Shown one piece after another: positions 49,109 through 58,428 of a DNA stretch of 64,000 nt; position 1 is the stretch's first letter; each line of letters begins with the position of its first letter. This DNA comes from an uncultured Spirochaetota bacterium. GTDB taxonomy: Bacteria; Spirochaetota; Brevinematia; Brevinematales; JAOACQ01. The translations under genes were made by a program, and so were the position numbers. Location of the stretch: contig CAWIGG010000004.1 in assembly GCA_963835575.1 (NCBI GenBank), positions 736,001 to 800,000 of the forward strand, given 5' to 3'. The notes below the pieces were generated by a model. That model was not told the DNA's origin. It did no database searches and saw only the letters and a list, made by a program, of their open reading frames with translations.

Positions 49109-52100
49109 TTATCTCGTCCTTCAACAATCGCGATCTCTTCCTCCGTCAGCCCGTACAGCTCATAAACCATCCGGTCGATCTGCCTATCTGTCTTTTCTAT
49201 CTCTGCTTTCAATCCTGCCGTCTCCTTCCGGTGTTCCTCAAAATACTCCTTCCACTCGTCCTGGTCTTTAAGTGAGAGCCGGATTTTCTGCTTACGCAGT
49301 TCGTCCAGAAAGGCGGCGAAATCCATTGTGTAGAAATCTTCAAGATTCTGCGTGATTTTAATGGAACGGAAGTTGTCCCGAAGGCGCTGAAGAAAACGAT
49401 TAATAATTGAATGCAATCTTTTATGCATTTCTATCAATGAATTAGCTTTTTCAACATAAGGTTTTTGCTGAGATTTATTTGCTTTGAATATTGGTAATTT
49501 TCTTAATTCACTTAATGTAGTTTGTCTAAAATCATCTTTTGTTGCTATTGTAGATTGGTTTAAGTATAAGAAAGATAAAAGTTTGCTATTTATTAATGCC
49601 AATAAATAAAATATATGATAATTTTCATCTTTAATAATAAATGGATTCAAATCCTTTTTGACAATTAAATCTTGATTATAATAACAAGCCATAATTCTAT
49701 TTTGACGACTTATTATTCGTCTAATTAGGATTCTTTCATTTTTAATATAATATTTAATAATTGATTTATATGATCCCATATCAGTATGATTTATATCTTC
49801 AATAGCTATACTATATCTATAAACTTGCCCTTTCACTAAATATGGATATATATTCAGCCCTTTTTCATTAGTAACATGAAACATGTTACCAGCTAGCCCT
49901 TGAGTAGAATCAGTAATTTCTCCGAAGGAAATAAATTTACTATTTTTTGTTTTTGCTAAAATAATGTTTACATTCTTTTGAAGAATAATTTTGTAGTCTT
50001 CCCTATTTATAAAATTCAATTCTATTGTTTCATAATTTATCTTTTCTAGAGTATTAATATCTTTATTTTTTGGATATTGATAAATTTCATAATAATCCCG
50101 TGTTTTTGTTTTTCCAATTACATAGATACCTGTATCAACATATGCATCTTCAAAAACATTAAAAGGCAAATTTATTATTTTCTTTAATTGATGATTTGAG
50201 AGTAAATATTTTCTTAAATTCAAATAGTTTTCTCCAGTCTGCCATGTAATAGAAGAGATATAACCTAAATTTCCAAATTCGTGTAATAATTCAAGACCTT
50301 TTAAAATAAAAACAATGGAAGAATCATATTTTCTTTCTAAGAATATAAATTTATTTTTATAATAATCCTTTTCGTTATTATTCATTGATTCAATAGGAAT
50401 ATACGGCGGGTTTCCAATCACCACATCAAAGCCGCCTTCCGGGAATTCTTTTTCCCACTTAAAAGCCTTTTCCCCGGCGACGGCAGGGTCGTCTATGAGG
50501 GAGTTTCCGCACTTGATATTATTGTCGAGGTTGTCGAGCTTCTTCCCTTTATGGGCCGTCTTGAGCCAGAGCGAAAGCTTCGTGATCTCGACCGATTCGG
50601 AATTGATGTCCACACCGTAGAGGTTATTCTGAAGAATGCTTTTGTCGATTTCCTCGGGTTTGAAAAGGACCGTTTCACCTTTCTCATGAAGTTTCTTCAT
50701 CTCGTTATGGACCCGCTGATGCTCTTTCCAGAGGTAGTTGAAAGCGGCAATGAGAAACGCGCCGGAGCCGCACGCCGGGTCAAGAATTCTGATTTTCTTG
50801 AGGTAGTTCTCACGGTAATCCGTCAGAATAATTTCCTCACGGTTTTTAAGCTTGTCTTTTGGTGAATATTTTTTATCAAGCTCATCGAGTTTTTCCTTAA
50901 GCCACGCGCCGACCGTATTTTCAACGATATAGCGGGTGATATATTCAGGCGTGTAATAGACGCCTTCCTTCTTCCGCTTTGAGGGTGTTCCTTTTTTTCC
51001 GGCGGTTTCCTCACTTTTTTCAAAACTCGAGCGCATTTCCTCCAGGTCGGAAATGGACTGTTCGAAGATATGCCCCAGTATGTTGACATTCAGTTCGTTT
51101 TCATCGCCGAAGTCGTATTGCCTGCCGATGCCGGATATTTCCTCGAATAAAAAATTGCGGATTTTAAGGGCATCGAGATTGGTGTCTTCTTTAAACAGGC
51201 CGCCGTCGTAGCCATGCGGGATATCGAAATTTCCACCCCTGTCGATGGCGCGGAACAGGTTCTTGACCTTTTCCCAGATGGTAAAATCATTCCCCGAATA
51301 GTAAGCGCTCTTTTTTTCATCTTCAATAACGCGGGAAAGGATGTTGGACGGCAGTAAAAGGTTTCTTGAATCCTCGCAGAACCAGCAGAAGATGATCCTG
51401 TCGAGGAACTTCTGGACCAATGACAATAATTGATGTTTATTGTTATCAAATTCCCGGTTATTTTTCAATAATTCCGAGAATATTTTAGACCGGAGTTCTT
51501 TATAATGACTATAAAATTCTTTCTGGACTTTCTGCTCTTCCAGCCCCTGTCTGGACAGAATATCTTCGGAATAGGATTTCCCATCCCGGGCTAAAAGGTG
51601 TTCCGCTTTCAGTATATTGATAAATTTAAGCGTTTCGGTTTCTTCCGAAAGCGGCCTGTGCCGGAGCGTCTGATCATCAGGCACATTAAAATAAAACGTT
51701 TCGCATCTGGCTTTACCGGCCTGCTTAAAGTAAAGCCGGATTTCATTGAAATTTGTGACGATGCCCCATTTCGCTTCCGTATAATATTCCAGATAGTTCC
51801 AGCATTGATCAACCGGCGAATAACGGTCTTTCCGGCTGGAAGGCTTATCCAGGTCGTCGGAAGACTGGTCCTTAAATTCAACCAGGACCTGGGCTTTCTC
51901 GGCTTCCTTTGTAAAATAACCCAGAGCCATATCGGCTGAGCCGGAGCCTCCCCCGGCCCCGCCGCCTTTAACGGCAAATTCGCTTGTCAGCGTATAATTG
52001 AGGGAGTCTTTCCCTTTTCCATGATAACCGAGGATCTTTTCAAAAACGACTTCAATAAATTGATTGGCGTCACCTGTTTCTTTATCAATACCTTTGGTGA

Positions 52101-52245
52101 ATGTCCGGCAGTTTTTCTGCCAGTTTGAGATAAGGGATTTAATTTCTTTTAATCTATCGCCTGAAAGTCCCAGTTCATTCCTAAAATAGTCATTTTTTTT
52201 AAAGAAAGTTTCTGTAAACAACCTGTCCATTAATATTAACTCCAT
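49105..52245 (-). CDS. Type IIG (Eco57I-like) fused restriction endonuclease / N6-adenine methyltransferase
   Basis: N-terminal ADM..VEFK nuclease motif, GVYYTP, ILDPACGSGAFL, FDVVIGNPPY, TaqI_C-like target-recognition region. Confidence 0.92.
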   Translation of the reverse strand: MELILMDRLFTETFFKKNDYFRNELGLSGDRLKEIKSLISNWQKNCRTFTKGIDKETGDANQFIEVVFEKILGYHGKGKDSLNYTLTSEFAVKGGGAGGGSGSADMALGYFTKEAEKAQVLVEFKDQSSDDLDKPSSRKDRYSPVDQCWNYLEYYTEAKWGIVTNFNEIRLYFKQAGKARCETFYFNVPDDQTLRHRPLSEETETLKFINILKAEHLLARDGKSYSEDILSRQGLEEQKVQKEFYSHYKELRSKIFSELLKNNREFDNNKHQLLSLVQKFLDRIIFCWFCEDSRNLLLPSNILSRVIEDEKKSAYYSGNDFTIWEKVKNLFRAIDRGGNFDIPHGYDGGLFKEDTNLDALKIRNFLFEEISGIGRQYDFGDENELNVNILGHIFEQSISDLEEMRSSFEKSEETAGKKGTPSKRKKEGVYYTPEYITRYIVENTVGAWLKEKLDELDKKYSPKDKLKNREEIILTDYRENYLKKIRILDPACGSGAFLIAAFNYLWKEHQRVHNEMKKLHEKGETVLFKPEEIDKSILQNNLYGVDINSESVEITKLSLWLKTAHKGKKLDNLDNNIKCGNSLIDDPAVAGEKAFKWEKEFPEGGFDVVIGNPPYIPIESMNNNEKDYYKNKFIFLERKYDSSIVFILKGLELLHEFGNLGYISSITWQTGENYLNLRKYLLSNHQLKKIINLPFNVFEDAYVDTGIYVIGKTKTRDYYEIYQYPKNKDINTLEKINYETIELNFINREDYKIILQKNVNIILAKTKNSKFISFGEITDSTQGLAGNMFHVTNEKGLNIYPYLVKGQVYRYSIAIEDINHTDMGSYKSIIKYYIKNERILIRRIISRQNRIMACYYNQDLIVKKDLNPFIIKDENYHIFYLLALINSKLLSFLYLNQSTIATKDDFRQTTLSELRKLPIFKANKSQQKPYVEKANSLIEMHKRLHSIINRFLQRLRDNFRSIKITQNLEDFYTMDFAAFLDELRKQKIRLSLKDQDEWKEYFEEHRKETAGLKAEIEKTDRQIDRMVYELYGLTEEEIAIVEGRDK

Positions 52246-52321
52246 TAGAAACGCTTGATATATTATAACAAATGAATATTTTAAATCAAAACTTTTCTTT
52301 TTTTATTTATTATTTTTCTTC

Positions 52322-52355
52322 AATCCGTGCAAATCCGCTTCATCCGCGTCCATCC
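52322..52355. repeat. Short tandem repeat, about 10-bp period (ATCCG core)
   Basis: AATCCGTGCA AATCCGCTTC ATCCGCGTCC ATCC. Confidence 0.65.
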
Positions 52356-52384
52356 TGTGAACAATCGGATATTATAAAAAGCTA

Positions 52385-52452
52385 CCTCTTGCCATGCAAA
52401 AACACCCTCTTGTCATGTTTTAATATCTTTCGTAAAAAAAACGCTCTATAAT
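52385..52452 (+). promoter_or_regulatory. LytTR-type direct repeat plus -10 box
   Basis: CCTCTTGCCATG (52385-52396) and CCTCTTGTCATG (52406-52417), 21-bp period; TATAAT 52447-52452; no good -35. Confidence 0.7.
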
Positions 52453-52484
52453 TTTGGCGATTTTAAACAAAAGGAGGAAATTTT

Positions 52485-53228
52485 ATGTTTAAAATGATTG
52501 TTTACAGTTTAATTGGTTTGCTCTGCGCGGCCGGCGCGGCCTTTTCGACGGATTATAAGGAATGTTTTGACCTGGGTCTCTATTTTGGGAAAGAGCCCGC
52601 CGCTATTCATCAAAAAATAGATGAATACCAGGCAAAGCTGAAAAATGATTCAAAGGATTATTACGCGGACCTTGCGGTCGGTGTTTTGTATTCGGCCCTT
52701 TCAAGCCCCTTTGATAATCCGGAAGAGGGAGCCTCGAAAGAGGTTGTAGAGTACACTGAAAAGTTTTTGAAAATCGAGCCGGCCAACACTCTCGGCCTGA
52801 TTTACAACGGGCTCGGTCATTCCCTGATCTCCAGGGATTCATCGAATGTGATCGTCAAGGTTTTCGAGGTGAACAAGGCCTCGGATGTATTCGATCAGGC
52901 GGTAAAGCTTTCAAAGGGTGCGGAAAATGAATGGTATATCCGCTTTATGAGGGCCAACTTTTATGTCAACCTGCCGGATTTTTTCAACAAAATGAAAACC
53001 GCGGAAGAGGATTACCGTTTTGTGGAGACATATTATGCAGCCAATCCTTCAATCGAGACTTCCATGGTAGCGGCTTATTATTACCTGGGAGAAATGGAAA
53101 AAACAAAGGGAGATATTGATAAGGCCGTCAGCTACTGGAAAAAATCAACCGGACTGCAGAAAAAGCTGAAGACAAGTTTTCCCGAAGGGAAATATGCCCA
53201 GAAGAAACTGGATATTTATGAGGATTAA
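52485..53228 (+). CDS. Exported TPR-like protein
   Basis: Signal peptide; RFMRANFY..LP.FF; AYYYLGE..GD.DKA..YW. Confidence 0.8.
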   Translation: MFKMIVYSLIGLLCAAGAAFSTDYKECFDLGLYFGKEPAAIHQKIDEYQAKLKNDSKDYYADLAVGVLYSALSSPFDNPEEGASKEVVEYTEKFLKIEPANTLGLIYNGLGHSLISRDSSNVIVKVFEVNKASDVFDQAVKLSKGAENEWYIRFMRANFYVNLPDFFNKMKTAEEDYRFVETYYAANPSIETSMVAAYYYLGEMEKTKGDIDKAVSYWKKSTGLQKKLKTSFPEGKYAQKKLDIYED

Positions 53229-53229
53229 G

Positions 53230-53361
53230 ATTTTTCCTAAAACCTTCGGTTTTAGGAAAAATTACGGTTATAAAAGACTTTTGTTTTAAAAAGTCCGTAA
53301 ACACGTGGGCAACACGAAGTGTTGCTGGTGTTTACTTGACTCTACAAATAGTTTTTGACCG
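53230..53361 (+). repeat. Structured intergenic repeat, copy C (diverged sequence, conserved structure)
   Basis: Hairpin 53230-53262, then CGGTTATAAAA, then GTAAACAC-GTGG-GCAACAC-GAA-GTGTTGC-TG-GTGTTTAC. Confidence 0.78.
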
Positions 53362-53386
53362 GTAAGTTAATTTTAGGAGGTAATAT

Positions 53387-54352
53387 ATGGCCGAAGCATT
53401 AGTCCGGGATTATACCTTGAATGACAGGAAATACAACCTTATTATAGGGGGAATAATCTGGATCATTTTTATCGGTATGGGAATATTCTGGTTTTTAAAA
53501 ACCGGGAATAAATTCTTCCTTTTTGACTTGCCTTATATCGGTACGTCGATCGCGCTCGGAACAATCCTGGGCGCGGTCCTTCCGCGGAAAGCGGCGCATT
53601 ACGGCAGAAGAGTAACACAGCTCCTGGTCGGTCTTTACATGCTGGTCTATCTCGGTTTTTTCATAAAAGTGAATATGCAGATCGAATCCTTCTTTTTCTA
53701 TGTCCTGGCTGGGGCCCTCGGCGGCGCGATCATCCATTATCTCCCGGCCAAGCTCCTCGGGCCGGTTATTTTTAACCGGGGTTTCTGCGGCTGGGCATGC
53801 TGGACGGCGATGGTCCTGGATTTCCTTCCCTGGAAAACCCCGAAAACGGGCAGGATCAGAGGATTGGGAATAATCCGGTATATCCATTTCGGACTTTCTT
53901 TCGGGCTTGTGGCGGTCCTATTTATCGGCATGAAATATTTTTCCGGGAACGGGTATCTGAAGGATTTGATGTGGCTGGCGGTCGGGAACGCGCTTTATTA
54001 TTCAGCCGGGATACTTCTTGCCTTTGTCCTGAAAGATAACCGGGCTTTCTGTAAATATCTCTGTCCGGTACCGGTCCTGCAGAAAATAATGGGGCGGTTT
54101 TCAATCTTTAAAATCAGGATCAACCGGGAAAAATGCATTGACTGCGGCATCTGCGAAAAAAAATGCCCGATGAATATTAAGCTTCTTGAATATTCCCATG
54201 CCGGGAAGCGGGTCCTTTCCACGGAATGTCTTCTCTGCAATGTCTGCATCGATGCCTGCCCGAGAGATGCTGTCGGGATGTCGGCGGGTATTGACGCCGG
54301 TTTCCGGGAACATATCCAATACCAAAAGGTTTCCAGTACTAGGGGAGAATAA
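53387..54352 (+). CDS. 4Fe-4S binding membrane protein (NapH/YccM-like)
   Basis: RGFCGWACW, RAFCKYLCP, CIDCGICEKKCP, CLLCNVCIDACP. Confidence 0.9.
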   Translation: MAEALVRDYTLNDRKYNLIIGGIIWIIFIGMGIFWFLKTGNKFFLFDLPYIGTSIALGTILGAVLPRKAAHYGRRVTQLLVGLYMLVYLGFFIKVNMQIESFFFYVLAGALGGAIIHYLPAKLLGPVIFNRGFCGWACWTAMVLDFLPWKTPKTGRIRGLGIIRYIHFGLSFGLVAVLFIGMKYFSGNGYLKDLMWLAVGNALYYSAGILLAFVLKDNRAFCKYLCPVPVLQKIMGRFSIFKIRINREKCIDCGICEKKCPMNIKLLEYSHAGKRVLSTECLLCNVCIDACPRDAVGMSAGIDAGFREHIQYQKVSSTRGE

Positions 54353-54354
54353 TT

Positions 54355-55017
54355 ATGTTAATTGATATTCAGAACGTTTCCAAAACCTACCTGATGGAAA
54401 AAGTAAAACTGGAAGCGTTGAAAAATGTGGACCTGACCCTGAACAAAGGGGATTTTACCGCTTTGACCGGCCCTTCCGGCTCGGGAAAATCGACCCTGCT
54501 CCATATCATCGGCTGTATCGAGAACCCGACGGAAGGCGACGTGATCATCCATGACGAAAATGTTAAGAGGATGAATGACAGAAAGCTTTCCCTGTTCAGG
54601 AATGCCCATATCGGGTTTATTTTCCAGAGTTTTAACCTGATGTCAGTCCTGAATGTATATGAGAATGTGGAGTACCCGTTGATGATCCGCGGCGGGAAAG
54701 TGGACAGGGAGAAAGTGATTTCCATCATTGAATCTGTCGGATTGAAGGATTACATGAAGCACAGGCCGGATGAGCTTTCCGGCGGTCAGAGGCAGCGTGT
54801 GGCGATAGCGCGGGCGCTTGTCACGGACCCGGATATCATCATAGCGGACAAACCGACGGCGAACCTCGATTCAGGGACTGGGGACAGGATCATCGACCTG
54901 CTTCTTGAGCTGAACCGGAAGTCAAACACGGCCTTTCTTTTTTCCACACATAATGAGGCCGTGTCGAAGTACGCGAAGAAGATCGTTCACATCCTGGACG
55001 GAAGATTACAGAAATAG
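54355..55017 (+). CDS. ABC transporter ATP-binding protein (LolD/MacB-like)
   Basis: GPSGSGKST, LSGGQRQRVA, STH; Walker B reads IIADKPT. Confidence 0.92.
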   Translation: MLIDIQNVSKTYLMEKVKLEALKNVDLTLNKGDFTALTGPSGSGKSTLLHIIGCIENPTEGDVIIHDENVKRMNDRKLSLFRNAHIGFIFQSFNLMSVLNVYENVEYPLMIRGGKVDREKVISIIESVGLKDYMKHRPDELSGGQRQRVAIARALVTDPDIIIADKPTANLDSGTGDRIIDLLLELNRKSNTAFLFSTHNEAVSKYAKKIVHILDGRLQK

Positions 55018-55025
55018 GAGACGGT

Positions 55026-56255
55026 ATGTTTTATCTGAAAATAGGCCTGAGGAATATCATCAAGAATTTTAGGAAAACCCTTCTCACTCTCCTGACAATA
55101 AGCGTGGGAATGGCGGCGCTTGCTGTTTACAGCGGTTCCAACAATCACATGTTTCAAATGCTCAGGGATTATATCATACACAGCCAGACCGGGCATTTTC
55201 AGCTTTATAAAAAGGGATTTCCGCTGTATCAAAATGAATTTCCCTTCGACTATCTGATAGATAATTACAGGGATGTGCTGAAAGAGCTTTATAAAATCCC
55301 GGAAATAAAGTTTATCGCTCCCCGGCTGAAATTCAGCGGCCTGATATCAAGCGATAAAAAAAGCGCCATGGTGATGGGCCAGGGCGGCGATCCGGAAGCG
55401 GAAAAGCTGATGGAAAATGACCCGTTAAGCGCCGGAAATTTCCTTTCTCCGGATGATAAGTCAAATGATTCGATACTCGGCGAAGGGCTCATCAAAAAGC
55501 TTTCAGGCCGGATCGGGGATGATTTCACGCTGATGGCCGCCATGAAAGGGGGCGGGCTCAACGGGCTGGATATCACGGTCAAGGGAGTGAAAAAAGGCGG
55601 GGGTGAGAGTGATGTTCTCAGCAAAATGTTCCTTCTCGCGGGACTGGATAATATACAGAAGCTCCTGAATGTGCCGGATTCCGCGGACACGCTTATCGTT
55701 ATGCTTAAAGATAATAAATACATAAATAAAGTTGAGCCTGAAATCAGGGAGATCTGTTCACGGTTCGGGCTTGAATATAAAAAATGGGATGAGCTTGCTG
55801 TTTTCTACAGGAGCGTAAAGGCGATGTTCAATATGAATGAACTTGTCCTTACTTTTATTATTCTTTTTATCATCGTTTTCATCATCGCTAATACAATGAT
55901 CATGAACCTGATGGAAAGAATGAGGGAAATCGGCACCATCCGCGCCCTGGGAACCACAAAGGCAAAGGTCGCGAAGATCTTTCTGGGAGAAAGTTTTCTG
56001 CTTGGTTTGATAGGCGGCTTTTTCGGGATTTTAATGGGCTTCCTGGCCGGCGCCGTCATCAATATCAGCGGCGGTATCTATCATCCGCCTTCTGTTTATA
56101 ATCAATCGGCGTATTATACCTTGATCCGTCCGGAATTGTCCGGTATTCTGGGATACTGGCTTCTTTTTACGGCCGTATCCGCCGTTTCAGCGGTGCTGAC
56201 AATTATTAAGGCCAATAAGATCAGCGTTGCCGGCGCGCTGAGGTCCATTTCGTGA
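55026..56255 (+). CDS. FtsX/LolC/E-like ABC permease
   Basis: 1+3 TM topology with large periplasmic loop; ERMREIGTIRALG. Confidence 0.9.
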   Translation: MFYLKIGLRNIIKNFRKTLLTLLTISVGMAALAVYSGSNNHMFQMLRDYIIHSQTGHFQLYKKGFPLYQNEFPFDYLIDNYRDVLKELYKIPEIKFIAPRLKFSGLISSDKKSAMVMGQGGDPEAEKLMENDPLSAGNFLSPDDKSNDSILGEGLIKKLSGRIGDDFTLMAAMKGGGLNGLDITVKGVKKGGGESDVLSKMFLLAGLDNIQKLLNVPDSADTLIVMLKDNKYINKVEPEIREICSRFGLEYKKWDELAVFYRSVKAMFNMNELVLTFIILFIIVFIIANTMIMNLMERMREIGTIRALGTTKAKVAKIFLGESFLLGLIGGFFGILMGFLAGAVINISGGIYHPPSVYNQSAYYTLIRPELSGILGYWLLFTAVSAVSAVLTIIKANKISVAGALRSIS

Positions 56256-56286
56256 GCCGCCCAAAAAGATATTTGAGGAGAAAGAC

Positions 56287-57507
56287 ATGTTTTTTTTGAA
56301 ACTGGGGTTCAGGAATCTGATGAAAAACAGAAGAAGGACGCTTTTAACAATGTCGGCGGTCATTATCGGAATGGCGGCTTTGATCCTGGCGAACGGCTTT
56401 GTCAGATATTCCTTGTGGGGGCTCCGCGAATCGACGATCCAGGGCGGCGTCGGTCATTTTCAGATTTATAAAAAAGGCTTTAAGGAATTCGGGGAAGAAA
56501 AGCCGTATGATTATCTCATCACCGGCTATAAAAAAATCATGCGCGAACTGGCCGGGATACCGGGAATAAAATTGACTGCGCCCCGGCTGAATTTCCAGGG
56601 CATGATCTTCAGCGCTGAAAAAAGCACAGTCATTATGGGAATTTCGGGCCTTGATGAGGAAGAAAAGAAATTGATGTCGTTTTCAACACTGGAGAACAGC
56701 CGCTTTATTTCAGATGATAAACCATACGATATCGTGATAGGAGCGGGAGCGGCCAGGAACATCTCGGCGAAAATCGGGGACAGCGGTACCATCATGGTCG
56801 CGATGAAAGACGGGAGCATCAATGCGATTGATTTCAATATAGCCGGGATCATGCACAGCCAGCTCTCAGAGATGGAAAATGTTTACGCTCTGGCCGGCCT
56901 GGGAACGATACAGAAGCTCTTGAATACTCCGGATTCTATCGACACCCTGGCCGTTCTGCTTCAAAAAACGGAAGACATGGAAAAAATAGAGCCGCGGATC
57001 AGGGCCGTCTGTGATAAATACGGCCTGGAGTACCGGCGATGGGACCAGCTTGTTCCAATGTACGCCAGCGCGAAAGAGTTCTACGAATCGTCCATGCGTG
57101 TCGCGCTTATTGTCATATTCGCTATTGTAGTTCTTGCAGTGACGAACACGATGCTCATGGTCGTTTTTGAAAGGGTCCGGGAGATAGGGACGATCAGGTC
57201 CCTGGGGACAACGCGCTCAATGGTCCTGCAGCTGTTTATCTCTGAAAGCTTTATCCTGGGAGCGGCCGGCTCATTTTTCGGGATTATAGCAGGCATTATC
57301 CTGGCGCAAACTATCAACGGCCTGGGAGGGATCCCTCTTCCACCGCCTCCGGGCAATGCCCGTTCGTATCATGGCATGTTCAGCCTGGATTTCGCCGCTA
57401 TGCTCATGTATTATTTTATGTTTATTCTTGTTTCCGTAATAGCCTCGATCTATCCGGCATGGAAAGCCGCGCGGCTATCCATAGCGGACGCGCTCAGATG
57501 GATTTGA
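56287..57507 (+). CDS. FtsX/LolC/E-like ABC permease (paralogue of the previous gene)
   Basis: ERVREIGTIRSLG, YPA.KAARL; shares GHFQ.YKKGF, APRL.F with 55026..56255. Confidence 0.9.
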   Translation: MFFLKLGFRNLMKNRRRTLLTMSAVIIGMAALILANGFVRYSLWGLRESTIQGGVGHFQIYKKGFKEFGEEKPYDYLITGYKKIMRELAGIPGIKLTAPRLNFQGMIFSAEKSTVIMGISGLDEEEKKLMSFSTLENSRFISDDKPYDIVIGAGAARNISAKIGDSGTIMVAMKDGSINAIDFNIAGIMHSQLSEMENVYALAGLGTIQKLLNTPDSIDTLAVLLQKTEDMEKIEPRIRAVCDKYGLEYRRWDQLVPMYASAKEFYESSMRVALIVIFAIVVLAVTNTMLMVVFERVREIGTIRSLGTTRSMVLQLFISESFILGAAGSFFGIIAGIILAQTINGLGGIPLPPPPGNARSYHGMFSLDFAAMLMYYFMFILVSVIASIYPAWKAARLSIADALRWI

Positions 57508-57655
57508 GGTACAGATAGCCAAAAAACTTAAGGTTTTTGGCTATCTGTACCTGGTTATAAAGTATTTTTGTTTAATGAAAAAGACGCAACTGCGTGGAGT
57601 TCGCGAAGCGAACTTAGCAGCTGCAAAATTCAGAACAATGTAGTTCTAAAAATAT
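57507..57655 (+). repeat. Structured intergenic repeat, copy D
   Basis: 19-bp-arm hairpin 57507-57552; core GGTTATAAA..GACGCAACTGC-GTGG-AGTTCGC-GAA-GCGAACT-TA-GCAGCTGC..AACAATGT aligns with 1262-1350. Confidence 0.85.
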
Positions 57656-57669
57656 TCAGGAGGAAAAAT

Positions 57670-58410
57670 ATGAAGTATCTGTTCTACTGGATACCGCTGG
57701 TAATTCTTTTTAATAATCCCGGGTTCGGCATCACGGCCGGGGAGGTCCTGCAGAACGCCGACAAATGCCGGTCTGTCGGATTGAATTTTGAGTTCCGGCT
57801 TCAGATGGGGGATTATAAGAAGGGCGAACTGTCTGAAAAGAGTTTCCTGTACGGTTATGTCAAGGGCTATGATAAGTCGATGGTCGTCTTTAAGGAGCCT
57901 TCCAGCATGAAAGGAAGGAAAATACTGATGATCGGCGACGATATGTGGATCTTCATTCCCAACACAAAGCGCCCGGTGCGCCTGACGCCGTCCCAGCGGC
58001 TTTTCGGCCAGGCTTCAAACGGAGACGTGGCGAAAGTCAGGTTCTCTTACGATTATGCTGCGGCCCTGAATGGTACCGAAATGATTTCAGATATGACAAC
58101 TGATAGGGAATGCTACAGGCTTGGGTTGGAGGCTAAGAGGATTGGAGCCACTTATAATAAAATCGTTCTCTGGGTTGAAACAAAAACATTTTATCCTGTG
58201 AAGGCCGAGTATTTTGCCCTGAGCGGAAAGAAGTTGAAGACGGCGTACTACAGCGGAGCCAGGGAAATAGAAGGCAAAACCGTTGTGACAAAAACCGTCA
58301 TCTATGATGAGGTGATCAAGGATAACTTTACGGTCATGGAATACATTGAAATGAAAGAAATGGATGTGGAAGACAAGTACTTTAACAAAGAATTCCTGCA
58401 GAGGATGTAA
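57670..58410 (+). CDS. Outer-membrane lipoprotein-sorting (LolA-like) protein
   Basis: F.EP...KGRKILM..DDMWIFIP..KRPVR.TP.QRL.GQASNGD, SGKKLKT; ATG 57670 after AGGAGG. Confidence 0.88.
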   Translation: MKYLFYWIPLVILFNNPGFGITAGEVLQNADKCRSVGLNFEFRLQMGDYKKGELSEKSFLYGYVKGYDKSMVVFKEPSSMKGRKILMIGDDMWIFIPNTKRPVRLTPSQRLFGQASNGDVAKVRFSYDYAAALNGTEMISDMTTDRECYRLGLEAKRIGATYNKIVLWVETKTFYPVKAEYFALSGKKLKTAYYSGAREIEGKTVVTKTVIYDEVIKDNFTVMEYIEMKEMDVEDKYFNKEFLQRM

Positions 58411-58428
58411 ATAATACAAAAAAAGGAT

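Noticed and set aside
57568..57669. N-terminal extension of the LolA-like ORF
   Set aside because: It is the repeat core read in frame; RBS and signal peptide indicate ATG 57670
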